A DNA stretch of 62,101 nt, counting the filler. It is 3 parts of 3 records of this genome, joined end to end, with 100 filler letters (N's around TTAATTAATTAA, not from the genome) between each part and the next. Parts side by side here need not be neighbours in the genome. Positions count along the whole stretch, not along the records: positions 46,151 to 62,101 come from SRR22947727_1479; 2 more parts are not named here. One strand, written 5' to 3'. A program made the position numbers and the translations under genes. The notes under the pieces are model-generated. The model did not search any database and was not told the origin of the DNA. It saw nothing but the letters and a program-made list of their open reading frames with translations. Of the stretch, positions 51,862-59,263 are shown one piece after another (position 1 is the first letter of the stretch; every line of letters begins with the position of its first letter).

Positions 51862-52455
51862 ATGGTGCAAGTTATCGACATTAACAAAATCCAAGGCAAC
51901 CGAGAAAACCCAAGGGTAATTAAGGACGACAAATTTAAAAAGCTTGTTAAATCAATACAAGAGTTCCCCGAAATGCTAAATTTACGGCCAATCGTTGTAA
52001 ATAAAGACATGGTTATCCTTGGTGGGAATATGCGCCACAAGGCCGCGAAGGATGCGGGACTAAAGGAAATACCCATTATTATAGCGGAAAACCTAGACGA
52101 AGCAAAAGAACGAGAATTTATCATTAAAGATAACGTTGGTTTTGGTGAGTGGGACTGGGACGCATTGGCAAACCTTTGGGATATTGAGGAACTCGACGAA
52201 TGGGGGTTAGAACTTCCCGTTACTATGTCAACGGATGAACTAGGCGAAGAGTTTAATTTGCCTGATGGTGATAAAGAACCATTCCAACAAATGACGTTTA
52301 CACTAGCGGACCAACAAGCCGTTGTTATTAAAAATGCAATAGACATAATTAGGGGTACCGAAGAATTTAAATACGTAGAAACATACGCAAACGAAAACGG
52401 CAATGGTAACGCATTGTATCTAATTATTACGCAATGGGTAGAGCAAAGGAAATAA
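51862..52455 (+). CDS. ParB/Srx-like N-terminal domain protein
   Basis: NPRVIKDDKFKKLVKSI, RPIVV, ILGGNMR, FIIKDNVGFGEWD. Confidence 0.88.
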   Translation: MVQVIDINKIQGNRENPRVIKDDKFKKLVKSIQEFPEMLNLRPIVVNKDMVILGGNMRHKAAKDAGLKEIPIIIAENLDEAKEREFIIKDNVGFGEWDWDALANLWDIEELDEWGLELPVTMSTDELGEEFNLPDGDKEPFQQMTFTLADQQAVVIKNAIDIIRGTEEFKYVETYANENGNGNALYLIITQWVEQRK

Positions 52456-53132
52456 TCGTAAAAGTAATACCCGCAAATATTGCGAATGAGTTTGTAAAAA
52501 AACATCACTACTCGGGAAAGGTTGTACCAAATAGTAAATTGCATTTTGGGGCATTTTTAGATAATAGACTGCACGGCGTTATGAGTTATGGAAGTCCTAT
52601 GATGAAATCAAAAGCACTAATTATGGTAGAAAATACGGGGTGGAATGAAATGTTAGAATTAAACCGTATGGCCTTTGATTCGTTTTTGCCTAAAAATAGC
52701 GAAAGCCGATGCATTGCAATTTCGATTAAATTAATTAAAAAGAACGCACCGCATATAAAATGGATATTGTCGTATTCAGATGGTACGCAATGCGGCGATG
52801 GTACAATATACCGAGCAAGTGGGTTTTATTTAACGGATATAAAAAAGAACACGGGAATTATTCAAATGCCTAATGGTGAAATACGCGCTAAAATGACCTT
52901 TACAAAGGGAACACATATTTTAAAACAAAATGGTAAAGCCAATATTCCTAAAGGTGCCAAATATTTAGATGGTTTCCAATTGCGGTACATCTATTTAATA
53001 GATAAGAATTGTAAATTAAACGTGCCAATATTGCCATTTTCAAAAATTAAAGAACTTGGCGCATCTATGTATAAAGGTAAAAAATTGAGCGAGGGGGTCG
53101 AATCGAACGCCGCTTTTAACCTGGATGGCTAA
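52434..53132 (+). CDS. Mom-family (GNAT-fold) adenine-modification protein, copy 2
   Basis: FVKKHHYSGK, HFGAFL..LHGVMSYG, LELNRMAF, PKNSESR, ILSYSDGTQCGDGTIYRASGF, FQLRYIY, MYKG. Confidence 0.85.
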   Translation: MGRAKEIIVKVIPANIANEFVKKHHYSGKVVPNSKLHFGAFLDNRLHGVMSYGSPMMKSKALIMVENTGWNEMLELNRMAFDSFLPKNSESRCIAISIKLIKKNAPHIKWILSYSDGTQCGDGTIYRASGFYLTDIKKNTGIIQMPNGEIRAKMTFTKGTHILKQNGKANIPKGAKYLDGFQLRYIYLIDKNCKLNVPILPFSKIKELGASMYKGKKLSEGVESNAAFNLDG

Positions 53133-53157
53133 TGTGCTACCATTACACTACCCCCGC
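53088..53157 (-). tRNA. Non-canonical tRNA-Gly(TCC)-like gene
   Basis: Minus strand GCGGGGG TA GTGT AATGGTA GCAC A TTAGC CATCCAG GTTAA AAGC GGCG TTCGATT CGACC CCCTCGC T. Acceptor, D and anticodon stems pair; TTCGA T-loop; U73; A at position 33; T-stem 4 bp with a bulge; CCA not encoded. Confidence 0.85.
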
Positions 53158-53167
53158 TTATATTTAA

Positions 53168-53198
53168 CAAAGTTATGAAAAATGTACACATATTCAAA
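53168..53198 (-). promoter_or_regulatory. Bacteroidetes-type promoter TTTG-N19-TAACTTTG driving the tRNA-like gene
   Basis: Exact consensus match on the minus strand, ending 10 nt upstream of tRNA G1. Confidence 0.78.
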
Positions 53199-54038
53199 AA
53201 CAACTTCGACCCCAAAAAAGTCTTACTCCTTTCCGATATCCATTGGGATAATCCCAAGTGCGACCGCGTTTTACTCAAACGCCACTTGGACCAAGCCATG
53301 GAAATGGACGCGAGAATATGTATGAATGGGGATACTCTTTGCCTCATGATGGGCCGCGCAGATCGTAGGGGAAGTAAGAGTGGAATACGCCCCGAGCATA
53401 ACGTAGACCATTATTTCGACGCGGTGGTAAATGACGCAATAGAATGGTTTAGCCCATACGCAAAAAATATCGACGTTATCAGTTACGGCAACCACGAAAC
53501 GGCAATAATCAAGCATCAAGAGATTGACGTAATACAACGCCTCGTTGGTGGGTTGAATCAAAAAAACGGAACGCACATACAAACGGGCGGTTATGGCGGT
53601 TGGATAGTGTACAATTTTAAACGACCTAAAAGCGCGGGTAGTGTTTCGTATAGAATCAAGTATTTTCATGGTAGTGGTGGGGGTGGTCCCGCTTCGCGTG
53701 GTACAATTCAGTTTCACCGAGCAAGTAGCGTTATACAAGGTGCCGATATGGTATGGATGGGACACGTACACGAAGACCACGAATTAACCTACCAGGTAGA
53801 GCGAATGAATCACAACAACAATGTACATTTGAAGGAGGTTTTAATGGTAAGGACGGCAACTTACAAAGAGGAATACGGCGACGAAAAAGACGGATACGGT
53901 GCCAAAGGTTGGATGGTAGAGAGAGGAAGTCCACCCAAACCCCTAGGCGGTCGATGGTTAGTATTAGAACCTATCCGAGAAATAATAAAGGGCCACGAAG
54001 AAATTAAAGTAAAAGCATACACATACCGCGCAAAATGA
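53175..54038 (+). CDS. Calcineurin-like metallophosphoesterase
   Basis: SDIH, NGD, GNHE, HG and GHVH motifs. Confidence 0.9.
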   Translation: MKNVHIFKNNFDPKKVLLLSDIHWDNPKCDRVLLKRHLDQAMEMDARICMNGDTLCLMMGRADRRGSKSGIRPEHNVDHYFDAVVNDAIEWFSPYAKNIDVISYGNHETAIIKHQEIDVIQRLVGGLNQKNGTHIQTGGYGGWIVYNFKRPKSAGSVSYRIKYFHGSGGGGPASRGTIQFHRASSVIQGADMVWMGHVHEDHELTYQVERMNHNNNVHLKEVLMVRTATYKEEYGDEKDGYGAKGWMVERGSPPKPLGGRWLVLEPIREIIKGHEEIKVKAYTYRAK

Positions 54039-54268
54039 TTATACCCGTAACATTTATTTACTCCGAGGATAAAATAGACCCCATTTATGAAATGCTAGGG
54101 CTACAAATGGACGCGGACAAAGTAGAAATACTTGAGGATGGATATATAGATACCGACCAAATCGAAGCGGTCGCGGGTTCAATGGGATTTACACAAGTTT
54201 ACACCAAAGGCGGCCACGTATTCGAAATAGAAATGGAAACCGAAGATTTTATAGCACTATGGACGTAG
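54035..54268 (+). CDS. Acidic hypothetical protein
   Basis: 77 aa, coupled start. Confidence 0.7.
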   Translation: MIIPVTFIYSEDKIDPIYEMLGLQMDADKVEILEDGYIDTDQIEAVAGSMGFTQVYTKGGHVFEIEMETEDFIALWT

Positions 54269-54471
54269 TAAACAACCCATCACATTACCAAGGCGAAATT
54301 GAATGCATTGAATGTATAAAGGCATCCATGAGCAAAGACCAATTTATTGGATACCTAAAGGGCAACATAATAAAATATACGTGGCGTTTTGATCGTAAAA
54401 ACCAAAGCGAAGACATTAAAAAAATGCAAGTCTACGCCCAATGGCTTGAAAAAGAATTAATCGTGAAATAA
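54259..54471 (+). CDS. DUF3310 family protein
   Basis: VNNPSHY..IECIECI, GYLKGNIIKY.WR...K...EDIKK. Confidence 0.88.
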   Translation: MDVVNNPSHYQGEIECIECIKASMSKDQFIGYLKGNIIKYTWRFDRKNQSEDIKKMQVYAQWLEKELIVK

Positions 54472-54480
54472 ACGTGAGAT

Positions 54481-54804
54481 ATGGCAAACGAAAAAAACCT
54501 TAAACCATTCCCACCAGGAAACAACGCAAACCCAAAGGGTAGACCCAAGGGTAGTTTAAACCGTTCGACCATAGCCAAGCGATGGTTGGAGGTAATGCAA
54601 GATTCTAAAAACCCAATAAGCGGCGAGATTGAAAAGTTAAGCCAAGCCGACCTAATGACGTTAGCGTTAATACATAAAGCGCGTAAAGGGGACGTAAGCG
54701 CGTATAAGCAATTAATGGACTCGGCCTTTGGGTTACCACAACAGAACGTAAACGTAACCGAGGAAAAGCCAATATTTCCTGGCATTGATTTGGATGTTGA
54801 ATAA
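54481..54804 (+). CDS. terS: Terminase small subunit (DUF5681-like)
   Basis: NLKPF..G...NPKGRPKGS, KARKGDV.AY; directly upstream of TerL. Confidence 0.78.
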   Translation: MANEKNLKPFPPGNNANPKGRPKGSLNRSTIAKRWLEVMQDSKNPISGEIEKLSQADLMTLALIHKARKGDVSAYKQLMDSAFGLPQQNVNVTEEKPIFPGIDLDVE

Positions 54805-55961
54805 TGCTAAAAAAGACCACGGCGCAAAGCAAGATTGCAAAACTCAAAAAGCGGGTGCGTATAGTTCGTGGCGGTACAAGCTCATCCAAAACATTCTCGA
54901 TTATTCCGTTACTTATATCTTACGCCGTCGAAAACGCCAATTGCGAAATCAGCGTAGTCGCCGAAAGCATCCCGCATTTAAGGCGTGGCGCAATTAGGGA
55001 CTTTCTTAAAATAATGGACATGGTAGGAATGTACGAACCTACCAAGTGGAACAAATCAAGTTTAACATACACATTTAACAACGGGGCGTTTATTGAGTTC
55101 TTTAGCGCGGACCAACCCGACAAATTACGAGGGGCTAGGCGTGACGTTCTTTTTGTGAATGAGTGTAATAACATAGATTGGGAATCATACTACCAAATGG
55201 CCATACGAACGCGGCGGTTTATTTATTTAGATTATAACCCCGTGGTGGAATTTTGGGTAGACACCGAATTAAAAAACGATAAGGATAGCGAAATGGTAGT
55301 ATTGACGTACAAGGATAACGAGGCCTTGGATGCGTCGATAGTTAAGGAAATAGAAAAGGCCAAAGTAAAAGCCGAAACCTCAAGTTATTGGGCCAATTGG
55401 TGGCGTGTATATGGGCTAGGTGAAATTGGAAACCTGGAAGGCGTTGTATTTAGCAACTATAAAACCATCGACACCATACCAAGCGAGGCGCGATTAATAG
55501 GGTGTGGGTTAGATTTTGGATATTCAAACGATCCCACGGCATTGGTGGAGGTCTACCAATACGATGGCCAACGAATCATTAACCTAAAATGTTATCGAAC
55601 CGCTATGTTAAATTCCGATATCGCCAAGGTATTACCCGAAGGCGTACCCATATATGCGGATAGTGCCGAACCTAAAAGCATTGAGGAAATAAGACGATAC
55701 GGAAAAATGATAAGGGCGGTAACCAAGGGCAAAGATTCGATTTTGTACGGAATACAGATAATGCAAAGCCAAGAATATTTGGTTACAAAGGATAGCACCG
55801 AACTAATAAAGGAACTACGCGGGTATTGTTGGGACAAAGACAAAGCGGGTAATACGTTAAATAATCCCGTAGGGGTGGACCACGCAATAGACGCTTGGCG
55901 TTACCACGAAATGGAAGCCCTAGGCCTAAAACGTAACCACGGGCAATACGACGTTAGATAA
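54804..55961 (+). CDS. terL: Terminase large subunit, PBSX-like
   Basis: GGTSSSKT Walker A, LFVNE Walker B, DYNP, GLDFGYSNDPT, ADSAEPKSI, DHAIDAWRY. Confidence 0.93.
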   Translation: MLKKTTAQSKIAKLKKRVRIVRGGTSSSKTFSIIPLLISYAVENANCEISVVAESIPHLRRGAIRDFLKIMDMVGMYEPTKWNKSSLTYTFNNGAFIEFFSADQPDKLRGARRDVLFVNECNNIDWESYYQMAIRTRRFIYLDYNPVVEFWVDTELKNDKDSEMVVLTYKDNEALDASIVKEIEKAKVKAETSSYWANWWRVYGLGEIGNLEGVVFSNYKTIDTIPSEARLIGCGLDFGYSNDPTALVEVYQYDGQRIINLKCYRTAMLNSDIAKVLPEGVPIYADSAEPKSIEEIRRYGKMIRAVTKGKDSILYGIQIMQSQEYLVTKDSTELIKELRGYCWDKDKAGNTLNNPVGVDHAIDAWRYHEMEALGLKRNHGQYDVR

Positions 55962-55989
55962 ATTTTTTTACTTTTTTTTGGGTTAAATA

Positions 55990-56019
55990 TTGCGTATTTA
56001 AAATATGTGTGTATATTTG
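55990..56019 (+). promoter_or_regulatory. Bacteroidetes-type promoter TTG-N19-TATATTTG
   Basis: The -7 element ends 4 nt before the ATG at 56024. Confidence 0.7.
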
Positions 56020-56023
56020 TTAT

Positions 56024-56266
56024 ATGAAACAAACACAAATTTCTTTACCAATCATTTACGAGGCAAATAAGAAAGGGCTACGCCTTTGCACACCTTACTT
56101 GGAAAAAGTCGAAGATGGATTCATTGTGACGTGGAAATACCAAGCCACAAGTTTTGCTTGTCAAGGGCAATGGTCAAAGTACGAAGTTTTTTATTCTTTT
56201 AAAGATTACGATTTTAATAAAGCGATGCAATGCCTAACCAATTTCATTAGTTCTGAATATCGTTAA
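56024..56266 (+). CDS. Hypothetical protein, moron-like
   Basis: 80 aa, flanked by its own promoter and terminator. Confidence 0.65.
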   Translation: MKQTQISLPIIYEANKKGLRLCTPYLEKVEDGFIVTWKYQATSFACQGQWSKYEVFYSFKDYDFNKAMQCLTNFISSEYR

Positions 56267-56321
56267 GTTCTATAACAGAATCAAAAGGGTTAGAAAGTAG
56301 CCCTTTTGTTTCATACTTAAG

Positions 56322-56346
56322 GCCTCCCATTTGGGGGGCTTTTTTT
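56322..56346 (+). terminator. Rho-independent terminator
   Basis: GCCTCCC-ATTT-GGGGGGC-T7, preceded by a second hairpin at 56282-56308. Confidence 0.82.
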
Positions 56347-56385
56347 ATGTAAAAACATTCGCCTAACCATGCGTTAATTAAGTAG

Positions 56386-57108
56386 ATGGAAATAACCATA
56401 CCTACTAAATTATCCGAGGTACCGTTATACCGCATGGTTGAATACAACGCCCTAGAGGCGAAGGGCGAAACCGAACGCGCCATTATGGCCGTGGCGATAT
56501 TTACGGGACTTACGTATAAGGAAACAAGCGCATTGCCTTTAAAGGTCCTAAATCGTGCCATAAAGCACATTACGGGCATACTAGAAGAAAAGCCCGAACT
56601 ACAAACAACATTTACTTATAAGGGAATCGAATACGGGTTTATTCCAAACCTTGACGAGTTAACCACGGGTGAATTTATCGACATTGAGAATTACCAAAAG
56701 GAACCAAGGGACCTTTACAAGGTAATGAGTGTATTATATCGCCCGATCAAAGAAAAGAGTAAAAAGCGGTATTTAATCGAACCTTACAAAGGGGAAATTA
56801 ACGAGGCATTTAAGGATATGCCAAGCGATGTAGCATTTGGGGCGCAACTTTTTTTTTATCTTATCGCCACCGACTTACTGAACTTTACCAAGAAGTTTTT
56901 GGAGGCGGCGAAGGCGAAACAGACCAACACGGATTTAACCAAAAGTGGGGATGGATGGGCTTCATCCATTTACTCACTGGAGGAGATGTTACAAAGTTTG
57001 ACCAAGTTAGTAAGCTACCCATTCATACAAATCTCATGTGGGCGGCTTACAAATCGGACTTGGGGGATTTGGAAAGAAATATTATTAAGAAAGCACAACG
57101 ATGAGTAA
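56386..57108 (+). CDS. Putative tail assembly chaperone (G/GT-like) with a -1 frameshift product ending at 57104
   Basis: YGFIPNLDELTTGEFIDIE, VLYRPI; T9 run at 56849-56857; -1 frame open to TGA 57102-57104. Confidence 0.7.
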   Translation: MEITIPTKLSEVPLYRMVEYNALEAKGETERAIMAVAIFTGLTYKETSALPLKVLNRAIKHITGILEEKPELQTTFTYKGIEYGFIPNLDELTTGEFIDIENYQKEPRDLYKVMSVLYRPIKEKSKKRYLIEPYKGEINEAFKDMPSDVAFGAQLFFYLIATDLLNFTKKFLEAAKAKQTNTDLTKSGDGWASSIYSLEEMLQSLTKLVSYPFIQISCGRLTNRTWGIWKEILLRKHNDE

Positions 57109-57595
57109 ACACGGAATAGGCGGCGTTTTTGCCGTACTTAAAGAAATAGCAAACGATTTAGGATGGAACTACTCACATGGTAATTTAACCGAGGTAGCAT
57201 TAAAGGCGGTGCAAGTGTACCCCTTACAACATTGTTCAATTTCAACTATTGCCGTACAAGACCAAATTAGTACGGTAACGGTTAACGTAATGGTGGCTGA
57301 TATAGTCAATTTTTTGAAGACGGAAAACGAACAAGACAATTTGGTTAACCTTTATTCGGAAATAGGATATACGGAAAACTCAAACTACGCGCATATCCTG
57401 GAAAACCTATACATGGAATTTAGCTTGAAACTACGCGAAAAAGATTTAGCATATAACGAAGATATAAGATTAGTAAGGCCTATAAGTATGAACCCATTTA
57501 TTGAAGCGGACGCGGACGTATTAGCGGGGTTTACGGTAGACCTACAATTTGAGATTAGAAGCCCTTGGGTAACCGATTGTTACAATGAAGTATAA
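57101..57595 (+). CDS. Putative tail terminator/completion-like protein
   Basis: YPL.H, PF.E...DVLAGFT pattern; late-operon context. Confidence 0.5.
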   Translation: MSKHGIGGVFAVLKEIANDLGWNYSHGNLTEVALKAVQVYPLQHCSISTIAVQDQISTVTVNVMVADIVNFLKTENEQDNLVNLYSEIGYTENSNYAHILENLYMEFSLKLREKDLAYNEDIRLVRPISMNPFIEADADVLAGFTVDLQFEIRSPWVTDCYNEV

Positions 57596-58154
57596 AAAGA
57601 CCGAAGGCATAATTAAAGAGGCGGCGGATTATTTCGCTAGTCAAACGCAACTGCAATTAAAAGCGAAGCACCCGCGTACGTCTATTCGTGCGGAATGGAA
57701 ACGAGTGGGTAATGATTGGCAACCCGAATACGTAACAATTAAAAAAGTACGGGCTAATTATGTGGCGAGTGGTAACCTTGTAAGGTCTATTAAACCCATT
57801 GCGGAGGGTTTAGAATTTGGAGTAGAATACGATCGATACGGCGATGCAATACGTAAGGGTAGAAAGCCGTGGCCAGGTGCTAAAGGGAAAGGGGATAAAG
57901 GCATACCCATTAAGCGTATGCGTGAATGGACTAAAATAAAAGGCCTACGCCCTAGGGATTTACAAAGCGGCTCATTCCTAAAGAACACAAATAGCAACCG
58001 TAACGCTATGGGGTTTTTAATGAACCGAAAAATAAAGCACTTTGGAATCGAACCATTTGATTTTGTACAGATGCCAAGGCGTGTAACAATGGATAAATAT
58101 ATGCCACAAATAAGGGAGGCAATAACCGAAGATATTAAGGACAATTTAAAATGA
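57585..58154 (+). CDS. Putative neck/tail-completion protein (basic)
   Basis: ASGNLVRSI, GRKP, RKIKHFGIEPFDF. Confidence 0.55.
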   Translation: MKYKKTEGIIKEAADYFASQTQLQLKAKHPRTSIRAEWKRVGNDWQPEYVTIKKVRANYVASGNLVRSIKPIAEGLEFGVEYDRYGDAIRKGRKPWPGAKGKGDKGIPIKRMREWTKIKGLRPRDLQSGSFLKNTNSNRNAMGFLMNRKIKHFGIEPFDFVQMPRRVTMDKYMPQIREAITEDIKDNLK

Positions 58155-59263
58155 ATTTTAACGAGCAACCCACCGAGATAGCGGCGGCAAATAGCCCGAT
58201 AATGTACCAATTCTATGATGGGAACTATGGGCAACCTAAATTTTACTATGAGGTAAAAATATATGCGTGGCAAGGAACCAATACAATACCAGGTACCCCC
58301 GTGGCAACAATTGAACGTTACCCCGATCAATACGGAAACGGCCGAGGATGGATTGACGCGCATAAAATAGCCGAGCAATATATAAATAGCGATTCGTTTG
58401 ATGCCTCAACGGCGCAACCTACAATTGGAGGCGGTGCCGCTTGGGTAGCGGTTAAGGTACAAGGTAAGTACGAAGACGGAAGCGGTAACCCCCTAACGAC
58501 TACACAAATTACGTCTAACGTAGTTTTAGCCACGGCGGGGTTCACATATACAAGCGAAGGGTTTAACGCTAATTTAAGCGGTCCCGTATTGACCACAAAA
58601 AGCAAGTTCGAAATACCATTAGGGGTTAGTTCTTATTACGTATGGTATGAGGCCGACGATGTAACGGGTATTACCATAGGGTCAACCACGTACACCCCCG
58701 CAACGGTAACACAAAGCAATAATAAAGTTCAAGGGGTTGATTTAGTCGACCTATACGACACCGAAGGGGCAACGGGCGATACCACGGTAACTTTTACCAC
58801 AAGTGGGGACGATGTAGTTTATACAATTGAACGCCCATGCGAGAATAGATACGGGCATATCCTAATACATTTTATTAACAAATTCGGGGTGTATGATTCG
58901 TATGTATTCAATGCACTACACAAAACGCAAGTAGAGTTTACGGGTGAAAGCTACGAAAAGCCACAATACGCCCAAGAAGATTTAACGAGGGCTTGGACGT
59001 ATGGGGTGCAACAAACAACACCATTTTTAAAGCAGTCAAAAGAGAAATATACGCTAAATACAAATTGGATACCCGAAGGCGATAACGACGTAATGCAAGA
59101 AATGTTTATGTCGGATAATATTTTAATCGACGACGATTATTTAAAAAGCGCACGGGTTACAAGTACGAGTTTCCAACGTAAGACGCGCACCAACGATAAA
59201 TTAATACAATATACGATTGAACTAGAAGTTAACCACGGATTGGTAAATAAGATTGTACGATGA
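58151..59263 (+). CDS. Putative tail structural protein
   Basis: FINKFGVYDS, LNTNWI, KLIQYTIEL; coupled to its neighbours. Confidence 0.6.
   Translation: MNFNEQPTEIAAANSPIMYQFYDGNYGQPKFYYEVKIYAWQGTNTIPGTPVATIERYPDQYGNGRGWIDAHKIAEQYINSDSFDASTAQPTIGGGAAWVAVKVQGKYEDGSGNPLTTTQITSNVVLATAGFTYTSEGFNANLSGPVLTTKSKFEIPLGVSSYYVWYEADDVTGITIGSTTYTPATVTQSNNKVQGVDLVDLYDTEGATGDTTVTFTTSGDDVVYTIERPCENRYGHILIHFINKFGVYDSYVFNALHKTQVEFTGESYEKPQYAQEDLTRAWTYGVQQTTPFLKQSKEKYTLNTNWIPEGDNDVMQEMFMSDNILIDDDYLKSARVTSTSFQRKTRTNDKLIQYTIELEVNHGLVNKIVR

Noticed and set aside
51858-52544. 228-aa minus-strand ORF and other long antisense or shadow ORFs in the track
   Set aside because: They lie opposite well-supported genes and have no recognisable motifs.
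53088-53157. tRNA-like element as an attP/integration remnant or an ordinary decoding tRNA
   Set aside because: It is full-length with its own promoter and there is no integrase in the window. A33 and the broken T-stem argue against normal decoding. A decayed pseudogene cannot be fully excluded.
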